In this document: one piece after another, positions 18,917 through 28,162 of the stretch
Layout: every line of letters begins with the position of its first letter
How positions within the stretch are numbered: the first letter of the stretch is position 1
IMG/VR virus record: IMGVR_UViG_3300030294_000005
Location: 172,185-236,184 of that record
Direction: 5' to 3' (one strand)
DNA length: 64,000 nucleotides
Program-made: the position numbers and the translations under genes
Notes under the pieces: model-generated
The model's database searches: none
Seen by the model: the letters and a program-made list of their open reading frames with translations, nothing else
What the model was told of the DNA's origin: nothing

Positions 18917-20642
18917 TGACATAACTCAAAGAAATTTCATCAAATATTTTACTGATGAAAATAGAGAACATTTTAATGAACAATTATTTTATAGAAATGA
19001 AGATGATATAATAGAAGATATTAAGAAGGTTATATTATCATGTCAGAGAAGCAGATACTTTGTTTTAAGAGTTCATCAATTTAAAGTAGTAGATGATTAT
19101 AATGAGATTATGCAAATCTTATATAATTATGAAGAAAATCTAAATAGGAACAAGACTAAGAAGAGAGATAATCAATATGATTTTGTAGACTTAAAAGTTA
19201 CAGATATGAAATTATTGATAGTGACTTATTATATAGAAGCTAAAGAAAAATTTGAATATGTTGATGTCATTATAGCAGTTCCTAGAATAGTTAATAAGTA
19301 TTACTTTAGAATATCTGGAAATATATATTCAGCATTGTTTCAGTTAGTAGAGAGTACTTATAATAGTTCAACTTCAGCAGCTTCAAGAAAAGATAATATT
19401 ACATTAAAAACAATATTTATGCCTATTAGAATATATAGAAATAATGTATCCTTATTGACAACTTCTAATGAGGATGTAAAATGTGTATTCTATACAATAA
19501 GAGTATTTAATAAATCTTTCAATTCAGTAAAGCCATTCTTAGCAAGAGGTGGATTTTATAATGGTATGGCATATTTAGGATTGAAGTATATTTCAATAAC
19601 AGAAACAGATCCTAATGATAAAGATTTATATACTTTTGAAAAACATGGCCTATTTGTAAGTGTACCGAGATATATATTTGATAGTGATGCATATACACAA
19701 TCGTTTGTATATGGATTAATTGCCGCAATAAATAAAGAATGCACATATTCAAATATATTCTCTAAATACTATTGGCTTAAAATGTTAGGTGAAGATTTTA
19801 ATAATTCTAGTGTGGATAAAGGAGTATCAATATTAGATTCTTTAGAGTCAGTATATGATATATTGACAAAAGAAAGTCTTCATCTTCCAGAATATCAGAA
19901 ACAAAATATTTATGATATTCTAAAATGGTTATTAAGAGAATTTTCAAATCTAAAATCTAAAGATAATTTAGATGTTACTGTAAAAAGAATAAGGTTCTCA
20001 GAATATATTGCATCGCTGTATGCAATGAAACTATCTACTGGTATCTATAGAATATCGGATAATAGAAGGAAGAATATAAACATAGATAGTATAAAGAGAA
20101 TAATAAGAATACCACCTATGTATCTTATAAGTGCAATAACTAAATGTAATTTAGTAAACTATAGAAATTTGGTTAATGATTTAGATTCTACTTTAGCTTT
20201 AAAATATTCTAGAAAAGGTATTTCTGGAATGGGAGATCAGAGTAGTAAATCAGTACCTAAAATATACAGATATATAGATTCGTCTAGTATAGGTATATTT
20301 GATTTAGATGATTCACCTAAATCCGACCCAGGAATATCTGGTACAATAAGTCCATTAGTTAAATTAAGTAATTGGTCTTTTTCAGATTATAGTGAACCAA
20401 ATGAATGGGAAGCTGGATTTAAAGATTTGACAAAGAACTATAAAGCATTAGTTGGTAAGAAAGAAGTAATAACTCTTCAAAAAGAATTATTAGATATAGA
20501 AAATGAAGAGTTAGAAAATATAGTAGATGACTCTATATATGCTGTAAAAGAATTAATGTCAGCTATAAGATTTATAGAAGATGATGTTATTGAAGATACA
20601 GACATAGATCCTAATATGGTTGAAGAGGAGGATTTATTATAA
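18894..20642 (+). CDS. Non-virion RNA polymerase beta subunit, N-terminal half
   Basis: AVPRIVNKYYFRISG (cf. RpoB IP....GTFIING), KYSRKGISG, YRYIDSS..G..DLDDSPKSDPGISG (cf. RDVHP.HYGR.CP.ETPEGPNIGL). Confidence 0.82.
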   Translation: MEMILMNDDITQRNFIKYFTDENREHFNEQLFYRNEDDIIEDIKKVILSCQRSRYFVLRVHQFKVVDDYNEIMQILYNYEENLNRNKTKKRDNQYDFVDLKVTDMKLLIVTYYIEAKEKFEYVDVIIAVPRIVNKYYFRISGNIYSALFQLVESTYNSSTSAASRKDNITLKTIFMPIRIYRNNVSLLTTSNEDVKCVFYTIRVFNKSFNSVKPFLARGGFYNGMAYLGLKYISITETDPNDKDLYTFEKHGLFVSVPRYIFDSDAYTQSFVYGLIAAINKECTYSNIFSKYYWLKMLGEDFNNSSVDKGVSILDSLESVYDILTKESLHLPEYQKQNIYDILKWLLREFSNLKSKDNLDVTVKRIRFSEYIASLYAMKLSTGIYRISDNRRKNINIDSIKRIIRIPPMYLISAITKCNLVNYRNLVNDLDSTLALKYSRKGISGMGDQSSKSVPKIYRYIDSSSIGIFDLDDSPKSDPGISGTISPLVKLSNWSFSDYSEPNEWEAGFKDLTKNYKALVGKKEVITLQKELLDIENEELENIVDDSIYAVKELMSAIRFIEDDVIEDTDIDPNMVEEEDLL

Positions 20643-20643
20643 A

Positions 20644-20868
20644 ATGATAAAATATTTTATATTTTCAAGAGAACAATTAAACATGAAAAGAAACGTCGCT
20701 AAAAAGATAAGCCAGGAATATACACCTGGCTCTGTATTTATGGGAAATAAACCAAAAGAATTTACTGATATGATAGATGACCCGAAGTTAGCAAAGTTCT
20801 CCGATTCTATTGTAATTATCAGTGGTGATCCAACTACTATTAAATATAAAGCAGGAAGTGATTTCTAA
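20644..20868 (+). CDS. hypothetical protein
   Basis: GGAGG RBS, start at MIKYF. Confidence 0.6.
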   Translation: MIKYFIFSREQLNMKRNVAKKISQEYTPGSVFMGNKPKEFTDMIDDPKLAKFSDSIVIISGDPTTIKYKAGSDF

Positions 20869-21173
20869 TGTGTAAGAAAGTTATATCAATACTTGGTCCT
20901 ACTGAATGCCCACATTGTCACTCTGCTTTAGTGCTATATAGGGAACAAACAACATCAGTTGGTTTAGATAAAAATGGAAATGGTATACCAACTGATAATA
21001 ATATGTTTGAATATGAGGAAGTATTAAAATGTGAAAATTGTTTTAGTAAATTTCCATGTATACAATTATCTAATGGTAGATATACAATCTATACTGATTT
21101 ACAGATGAGACTAGATATATATAGAACTGTAGCAAGTATAAATAGAGTAAGAAGTCCATTTATAAGGAGTTGA
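20868..21173 (+). CDS. Zn-ribbon protein
   Basis: CPHC ... CENC. Confidence 0.65.
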   Translation: MCKKVISILGPTECPHCHSALVLYREQTTSVGLDKNGNGIPTDNNMFEYEEVLKCENCFSKFPCIQLSNGRYTIYTDLQMRLDIYRTVASINRVRSPFIRS

Positions 21174-21177
21174 TTAA

Positions 21178-21780
21178 ATGAATATAGAATTTAAAACTAT
21201 GTTTAATGTAATATATGGTAGATTGTTTGGAGACTTTCAAGCTTTAACAACTGAGATTCATCCAGATATATTAAAAATAATAAAAGTTACTCATGGTAAA
21301 ACATTGGATGGAAAAATGTTTTCATTAAAACTTGAGAATGGTGTAGATATTTATATAATAAAAGAATTAAATTCTTTTATATATATGAATAGTCTGTTCG
21401 TAGATAATAAAAGATCTGTGGTATGTAGTATACCATATGACTTATATAATTACGATCAAAAAGAAATAGTAAAAATAATTAAATCGCTATACACATATAT
21501 TTGTAATCAATTGATTACAAAACCAGGAGATACATTATATAATAAAATTACAAGTATAGCTCCCACAATATTAACATTTCATACATTAAGACATGTATGT
21601 GAAGATTTAGAAATAGTTGATTTTATAGATAATGATGATAACTTTAAAGAAATAACGGTAGAAGTTTTATATGATTCATTAGACTATTCTATAAATGAAC
21701 TATTAGATTACTGTGGAATATTTGCAATCTGTACTGAGAAAATAGAAAAAGAAGTTAATGATGAAGATAAAGACGATTAG
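21178..21780 (+). CDS. hypothetical protein
   Basis: AAGGAG RBS; operonic. Confidence 0.65.
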   Translation: MNIEFKTMFNVIYGRLFGDFQALTTEIHPDILKIIKVTHGKTLDGKMFSLKLENGVDIYIIKELNSFIYMNSLFVDNKRSVVCSIPYDLYNYDQKEIVKIIKSLYTYICNQLITKPGDTLYNKITSIAPTILTFHTLRHVCEDLEIVDFIDNDDNFKEITVEVLYDSLDYSINELLDYCGIFAICTEKIEKEVNDEDKDD

Positions 21781-22051
21781 TTTTAAGCGTCAAGATCATT
21801 GTGTAAAATGTAATGCAGATAGATCCATAGAGCTATATGATATATATGATAAACCAATAAATTATTCATATTTTCTAGATAGATTAAATAGCGTAAGTTT
21901 AGATAGTTTTAATCGACGAGAGTTATCTTATATGCAATGCAAAAAATGTGGTGTTGTATATGATATAACTTGGGAGAATAAAATACCAGAACCATTGATT
22001 AATAAGAATACACTATTCATATTTTTGAATAGTGTATTTAAAAAAATATAA
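21758..22051 (+). CDS. Zn-finger protein
   Basis: CVKC ... CKKC; N-terminal KTISF. Confidence 0.65.
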   Translation: MMKIKTISFKRQDHCVKCNADRSIELYDIYDKPINYSYFLDRLNSVSLDSFNRRELSYMQCKKCGVVYDITWENKIPEPLINKNTLFIFLNSVFKKI

Positions 22052-22067
22052 ATACTAGGAGGATAAT

Positions 22068-22376
22068 ATGATTAATTGTTTAACAAATAGTCAACTATTA
22101 AAGATGGCAGAAATTAATGAAAAAAATAAAGTAATTGATAAAAAGATAAATGATAATATAAATAAAAAAGTAAATTTTCTTAAGAAAAAACGTCCACATC
22201 TAACTGAATTTGAATTAAGTGAATATAGATTAGAATTGATAAGTGAGTCAAAACCTATAAAGATACTTAAAGAAGAGCTTGAATTTAACACTCATATCAT
22301 AGAATGTTTTAAATGTAGAAATAAATTAATTAGTATGATTGGAGAAGATGAAGTAAAACTTATTTTATTAAAATAA
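22068..22376 (+). CDS. hypothetical protein
   Basis: AGGAGG RBS; terminator at about 22378-22405. Confidence 0.6.
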   Translation: MINCLTNSQLLKMAEINEKNKVIDKKINDNINKKVNFLKKKRPHLTEFELSEYRLELISESKPIKILKEELEFNTHIIECFKCRNKLISMIGEDEVKLILLK

Positions 22377-22422
22377 TAAATAGGAGAGATTACTCTCCTA
22401 TTTTATTTTTTATTCTTATTAT

Positions 22423-22434
22423 AACTTTATAGTA
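22423..22434 (+). promoter_or_regulatory. AACT-N6-TA promoter variant upstream of SbcC
   Basis: AACTttatagTA just before the GGGAGG RBS. Confidence 0.5.
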
Positions 22435-22450
22435 AGGGAGGTGATTACTT

Positions 22451-25156
22451 ATGAAAATATTATATATTAAATTAATCAATTATATTGGAATATATAATGG
22501 ATTAGGATTAAATGAAATAGAGATAGATTTATCACCAAGTATGTATAAGACTGTAATAATACGAGGAAAGAATGGAAGTGGAAAATCTACATTATTTAAT
22601 GCATTAAATCCTATGTATGATTCAAATGATAATTTTATACCAAAATTAGAAGCTCATAAATATATAACTATATTAAATGATAATATTATTTATAAGATTC
22701 ACTTTATTCATCCAGTTAAACAGAATGGAGAAAGAGATACAACTAAAGCATATATTAAAAAATATTATAATAATGAAATTGAAGATTTAAATGATAATGG
22801 AAACGTATCTAGTTTTAAAGAAATATTATATAATGAACTTTCATTAGATAATAACTTCTTAGCTTTAAGTAGTTTAGGATCTGAGAATAAAGGTTTAGCT
22901 GATAAGAAACCTATGGAAAGAAAGAAGTCTGTCATTTCTATAATAAGTTCATTAGTAGTATATAATGATATATATAAAACATTAACAAAAAGAACATCAA
23001 TATTTAAAGCAATGATAAACAATCTGACTAGTAAGATAGATAATATAGGTGATGAAGATAAGATTAAAGCATCATTAATATCTATAGAAACTAGATTAAA
23101 TAATCTTATGAGTGAAAAGGATAATATCATAGAAGGATTGTCATCTTGTAAATCTACTGTAAAATTAATAGATCCAAACAATACTATACAAAATACTTAT
23201 AATCAAATATATAGTGGAATCAATAACTATAATACTATGTATACAAGTATAACAAATTCAGTAAATAAATATTATAATATATTAAAATTAGAAGAGTCGA
23301 TTAGTTATAACGATGTGATAAATCGTTATAATATAACTAAAGAAAATTTAGACAAGCTATCTACTAATGTGCAAATAATGGAATCAAATATATCCATTCT
23401 ATTAAATGAACGTGAAAATATATTATCAGATATGCAAACTAAAAAACAAAAATTAAACTCATTAGAATCTGTTGGTGCTATAGAAGATATCAAATCTAGT
23501 ATTTCTATATATGAAGATGATATTAGAAAGTATAAAGATATAATATATAAGATAGGATTAACTGATATGAACATTTCTAGAGATGAATATATATTAGCCC
23601 TAAATACATTAATGGATATTAAGAATACAATAAGTATATTCAAATCTAATTTAAATTTAAGTACAATAGAGAGATCTATTAATTATATAAGAAATAATGA
23701 CTTTCCTAATATAGACAAATTGGATAATGATATAATTAATATTAATGCTCTTATAAGAGAACAAGAAATATTATATCAGAAGTTTTCTACAATTAAAGAG
23801 ATATCAGAGAAGATACAATTACGTCCATTAGGATGTAAAATAAATGATTGTCTATTTATTAAAGATTCATTAGAAGCATTGGAACAGAAGCCTGATCAAA
23901 ATCTTATTATAATAAATAAATTACTATTAAAATATAATAAGTTATTAAAATCTAAAACAGAAGAAAAAGTATCAACAAGAGATATCATAGAGTGTATAAA
24001 CTATTTGAATACAGTATTAAGATCTATAGATATAAATAGTAAAATATTTAGAAAGCTTAAGATAGGACAAGAGTTTTGTGATAAAGATAAAGTACTAACT
24101 ATGATTTTAAATGGTTATAATTTTGATATAATTGATGAGTTATATAAATATATAGACTATGCTAATGTAATAGATGAGTATAGGTCTAAGACTAATTTAC
24201 TTATTCAATTAAAAAGTGATCTTAATATTTATAATAGTAAGCATGATATAATACAAGATCTATCTGATGACATAAATAAAATGAGAATAAAAGTAAATGA
24301 TATGACTGATAATATATCAAATATAAAAAGTAATATAGATGATTATAAAACCAAATATTCTATTTTGAATATAGCTATAGATAATTATAATGTCTTGATA
24401 AAAAATCTTAATGATAAATTAAATATAGAATCTAAAAAGATTGAATTGATATCACAATTTAATGCAATAAAATCTAGTATGATATCAATAAAGCAATCAC
24501 TAGATAATATTCAGGAATACAACTCTAAACTTGAAAAGACTAATAATGAAATAACCCCACTAATAGAGGACAGAGATAAATTAAAATATGGATTAACTAT
24601 GCTAGTCGAATATAAGAAAGAGTTAATTATATATAATGCAAAATATGAAAAGATTGAATATATTAAAAAACAATCATCTCCTAATAAAGGAATACAGACT
24701 TTATTTATGGAGTTATATATGAATAAAATACTAAGTATGTCTAATGAGTTACTATCATTATTATTTGATGGAGAATATATATTATGTCCATTTATAATTA
24801 ATGAAAATGAATTTAGAATACCATGTAGGGGTACTGGATTACAAAATGATGATATAAGTTCTACATCATGTTCTCAAAAAGCTATGATGGGGTTAGTAAT
24901 AAATGCATCTCTATTATGCCAAGCATCTACTAAATATAATATATTAAAATTAGATGAGTTAGATGCAGGATTGGATACTAGTAATAGATTACAGTTTCTA
25001 TATACATTAGATAGGATATCTGACATATTAAATATAGAACAGACTTTTATGATAACTCATAATACTGAGGTAGACTTGAGTACTTGTGATATTATACAAC
25101 TTAAGAAAGTTGATGGAGAATCTATTTCTGATAATAATATTTTATATGAATACTAA
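22451..25156 (+). CDS. sbcC: SbcC/Rad50-like SMC-family ATPase
   Basis: Walker A GKNGSGKS, long coiled coil with central CKINDC hook, degenerate signature SSTSCSQ, Walker B/D-loop LDELDAGLD, ITH. Confidence 0.88.
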   Translation: MKILYIKLINYIGIYNGLGLNEIEIDLSPSMYKTVIIRGKNGSGKSTLFNALNPMYDSNDNFIPKLEAHKYITILNDNIIYKIHFIHPVKQNGERDTTKAYIKKYYNNEIEDLNDNGNVSSFKEILYNELSLDNNFLALSSLGSENKGLADKKPMERKKSVISIISSLVVYNDIYKTLTKRTSIFKAMINNLTSKIDNIGDEDKIKASLISIETRLNNLMSEKDNIIEGLSSCKSTVKLIDPNNTIQNTYNQIYSGINNYNTMYTSITNSVNKYYNILKLEESISYNDVINRYNITKENLDKLSTNVQIMESNISILLNERENILSDMQTKKQKLNSLESVGAIEDIKSSISIYEDDIRKYKDIIYKIGLTDMNISRDEYILALNTLMDIKNTISIFKSNLNLSTIERSINYIRNNDFPNIDKLDNDIININALIREQEILYQKFSTIKEISEKIQLRPLGCKINDCLFIKDSLEALEQKPDQNLIIINKLLLKYNKLLKSKTEEKVSTRDIIECINYLNTVLRSIDINSKIFRKLKIGQEFCDKDKVLTMILNGYNFDIIDELYKYIDYANVIDEYRSKTNLLIQLKSDLNIYNSKHDIIQDLSDDINKMRIKVNDMTDNISNIKSNIDDYKTKYSILNIAIDNYNVLIKNLNDKLNIESKKIELISQFNAIKSSMISIKQSLDNIQEYNSKLEKTNNEITPLIEDRDKLKYGLTMLVEYKKELIIYNAKYEKIEYIKKQSSPNKGIQTLFMELYMNKILSMSNELLSLLFDGEYILCPFIINENEFRIPCRGTGLQNDDISSTSCSQKAMMGLVINASLLCQASTKYNILKLDELDAGLDTSNRLQFLYTLDRISDILNIEQTFMITHNTEVDLSTCDIIQLKKVDGESISDNNILYEY

Positions 25157-25243
25157 CTAGTATGTAAATAATACCCTCTTAATTGTCGAAAGGCATTAAT
25201 ATATATATACCGTATGGGTTCCATACGGTATATTTAATGTTGT

Positions 25244-25274
25244 TTTTAATTATATATTATAATAATGAATAAAA
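25244..25274 (+). promoter_or_regulatory. Putative early promoter, 31-bp copy 1
   Basis: ttttaattatatattataataatgaataaaa, identical to 25927-25957. Confidence 0.65.
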
Positions 25275-25299
25275 TAATAATTTAGGAGATGTTAAAATA

Positions 25300-25692
25300 A
25301 TGGAAATATCAAATAAAAAAATATTAGATTTAGTATTTCATTGCGATACTGAGATACGTGATTTAATAAAATCATTCAAATATAACTTATATTTAGGTAA
25401 TAGCCAACGTAGTATTATTGGTGATGATGGTACTATTATTAAAGATAATAATATATTTAATATAGAAAGGATAATACCTCTTAAAATAGTTAATGCTAAT
25501 TCTATAAATTTTACTGCTATTCAATTAGAATCGGATGAAATACATATTCCAAGAATTGATGTAGATTTTGAATATTTTGATGAATTTATAATTGAAATTA
25601 TAAATAATGAAGCAGCAATATATATTAGATTTTTCAATGCTAAAGAATTAATAAGAGATGATAAACAATATTTATTTAAATTTACATTATAA
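25300..25692 (+). CDS. hypothetical (putative early) protein
   Basis: AGGAG RBS. Confidence 0.65.
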   Translation: MEISNKKILDLVFHCDTEIRDLIKSFKYNLYLGNSQRSIIGDDGTIIKDNNIFNIERIIPLKIVNANSINFTAIQLESDEIHIPRIDVDFEYFDEFIIEIINNEAAIYIRFFNAKELIRDDKQYLFKFTL

Positions 25693-25734
25693 AAATAATA
25701 ATTTAAAAGATACTAAAATATAGGAGATGATTTT

Positions 25735-25899
25735 ATGACCTATATTGCTTATTCTGATAAACTCATATTTATATTAAACGATAATAATACACTATTCGGT
25801 GTAAGTAGTAACAAGATAAAATCTATTCCTTTAGCTAAAGTTATAACTATTAGCGAGATGGATAAGATATGGAAATATAAAAATAGATTGACAAAGTAA
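25735..25899 (+). CDS. small hypothetical protein (54 aa; not in ORF track)
   Basis: AGGAG RBS; MTYIAYSDKLIFIL... Confidence 0.5.
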   Translation: MTYIAYSDKLIFILNDNNTLFGVSSNKIKSIPLAKVITISEMDKIWKYKNRLTK

Positions 25900-25926
25900 C
25901 TACGGTTACTTTGTTTAATTTAATCA

Positions 25927-25957
25927 TTTTAATTATATATTATAATAATGAATAAAA
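25927..25957 (+). promoter_or_regulatory. Putative early promoter, 31-bp copy 2
   Basis: Identical to 25244-25274. Confidence 0.65.
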
Positions 25958-26017
25958 GTTAGTAGTAAATCTATATTCAATAAAATTATAAACTACTAAA
26001 GAAAGGATGATAGAAAA

Positions 26018-26476
26018 ATGGTTAAACAAATATCAATATTAAAAGTAGTAAAGAATTATATCAAATATAAGAAGGATACTATAATGTGTGATGGGTTTGA
26101 GATAATAAAAATATCTCAAGTTATGCATAATTCCCATGATACCAATAGAATAAGTTTTAATGATAGAGAATTTGATTTATATACATCACTTACTAATCCA
26201 GTTATAAAAGTAGTTATAAAAGAAATTGAAACAAATAAAATTATTACTATACTTATAGATTTGGTTGCTGATTGGATTAACTTAACTCCTTATATTGAAG
26301 CTGGATTTAAATTAGATTTTGTTGATAGATTATGTCAACTAGTATCTGATCTAAAAGGAAGAGAACAATGCTTGTTTGAAGATACCCAATTAGTAAAGAG
26401 TTTTAAGTATGATAAAAATGATATCTCTAAGCATATTTTATTAAATGATAAAGTATTTAATGAAATAATAAAATAA
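26018..26476 (+). CDS. hypothetical (putative early) protein
   Basis: AAGGA RBS. Confidence 0.65.
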   Translation: MVKQISILKVVKNYIKYKKDTIMCDGFEIIKISQVMHNSHDTNRISFNDREFDLYTSLTNPVIKVVIKEIETNKIITILIDLVADWINLTPYIEAGFKLDFVDRLCQLVSDLKGREQCLFEDTQLVKSFKYDKNDISKHILLNDKVFNEIIK

Positions 26477-26502
26477 ATATTATAATTTGGAGGTAATTCA
26501 GA

Positions 26503-26721
26503 ATGGAAAGAGATACCCTAATATACGATAAAGGAAAATTAATGTGTGTAGCAAAAATAGATACTACCCCAGTTGGAAATGAAGTAACTAAATTAATTAA
26601 AGTTAATATTAATGATTAACTCTATTATGTTTTATATATGCTTGATATGGATTATGGAATAATAGTTTCTGAAAAGACTGCTATGGAATGTAGGGGAATA
26701 GTAGAGGTGATTAAATTATGA
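26503..26721 (+). pseudogene. small gene with in-frame TAA at 26617-26619
   Basis: GGAGGT RBS; frame continues past the TAA to a TGA overlapping the next ATG (ATGA). Confidence 0.45.
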
Positions 26722-27047
26722 AGAAAATAATATCATTTATAAATAATGGAGGAAAAGAAATTATGACAAAAGGTCATCCAAGGTGGGATGAATTTTGTAA
26801 GAGATTAAAAGGAAGTGAAGGTTGTAATTTTAGATATGATGAAAATGGTAAACTTATATGGAATTGTGGTGGTGGAGAAGATAAATCATTTGCAATAAAA
26901 ATTCTTGAAACCATGCCAGAAATAGATATTCAAAGGAGTATTGAATATTTTGAGACTAGTGGTGGATGGTGTGATTGTGAAATAATTTTAAATGTTATGG
27001 GATTAATAAAGTTTTTATATACTGACCCAAGTAAATTTATTATATAA
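26718..27047 (+). CDS. DUF2695-like protein
   Basis: GGWCDCEIILN motif. Confidence 0.65.
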   Translation: MKKIISFINNGGKEIMTKGHPRWDEFCKRLKGSEGCNFRYDENGKLIWNCGGGEDKSFAIKILETMPEIDIQRSIEYFETSGGWCDCEIILNVMGLIKFLYTDPSKFII

Positions 27048-27090
27048 AACATAAAATAAAGTAGAGATTTCTCTCTACTTTATTATTTTT

Positions 27091-28026
27091 TTAATATTGT
27101 GATACGTCTGGATTATCAATAACAACTAACTTATAAGTTTGATCTAGATTAGTATTTCTAGCAATACCATTCCTTACATCAATAGATGTATCGTTTAAGA
27201 ACATAGGATCTGGTCTATCAGCCCCAGGAATTGATTCTCCTGTTTGTGTATTTATAACATCAAACTTTCTTTCACCAGTAGTAGAATTGTATAATACTAC
27301 AGTTTTTATATTAGGATTTTCCATCATTAACATTTTATTTACAGATGGATTCATAGTATAACCTTGATTATTTTGGTACATATCTGTACCCATTACTCCA
27401 CTATTCAACAACGTAAGTTCATTTTGTGAAGGTGGATTATATGCATTAGGAGTATTATAAGTACCAACTGGTGTAGAGATGTATGCATTGTACATATCCA
27501 TTATTCTCTTATCATCATCTTGATCTGCATCACCCATTTTAAGATCTTTTATTCTCTTAATTTCTAAGTTATGGCAATCAGTTATCGTTTTATTTATTTC
27601 TCTTATTGCTGTAACTTTAGTAGTTATTAGTGATGACATTGTATTAGTAAGTAAAGTCATATAATCATATTTTCTTTTTAGTGTTTTAGATTGTCTTATC
27701 AGATCTAATTCACCTTTCATTTCTGATTGTAGTGTATCAATCTGAACTATAGAATTTTTTAACAATCCTTCTGTTTCATCATAACTATCTCTATATGGTT
27801 CAGCTGTTTGATACATAGGTAAATCTTTACCACTATCTCCTGTTAATAATTCTTGACCATCTACAAGTTTCTTCCTAGGTCTACCCCTTTTCTTTTTTTC
27901 ATCATCTGGTATATAATCTATTGGCAATGAAGATTGTTTACTTGTAAAAAAATCTACGTTAATTATACTTGGAACATTATGATCTAGTCCTGAATCATCA
28001 AAACTTATTATTTTTTGCATATTCAT
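27091..28026 (-). CDS. hypothetical protein with AT-hook and coiled coil
   Basis: KKRGRPRKK AT-hook; N-terminal KIISF; AACA-N6-TA promoter at 28048-28059 (-). Confidence 0.7.
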   Translation of the reverse strand: MNMQKIISFDDSGLDHNVPSIINVDFFTSKQSSLPIDYIPDDEKKKRGRPRKKLVDGQELLTGDSGKDLPMYQTAEPYRDSYDETEGLLKNSIVQIDTLQSEMKGELDLIRQSKTLKRKYDYMTLLTNTMSSLITTKVTAIREINKTITDCHNLEIKRIKDLKMGDADQDDDKRIMDMYNAYISTPVGTYNTPNAYNPPSQNELTLLNSGVMGTDMYQNNQGYTMNPSVNKMLMMENPNIKTVVLYNSTTGERKFDVINTQTGESIPGADRPDPMFLNDTSIDVRNGIARNTNLDQTYKLVVIDNPDVSQY

Positions 28027-28116
28027 TAACCTCCCTATTTAGTCTATTATACCTTTGTTAATATTTTAAATATATATACCATATCTTGATAGTATATTAT
28101 TTTTTATTTATAGAAT

Positions 28117-28128
28117 AACATATAAATA
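28117..28128 (+). promoter_or_regulatory. AACA-N6-TA promoter upstream of DNA polymerase part 1
   Basis: AACAtataaaTA. Confidence 0.6.
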
Positions 28129-28162
28129 ATACATAATTGTACCTGAGTAGGTACTTATAGGA

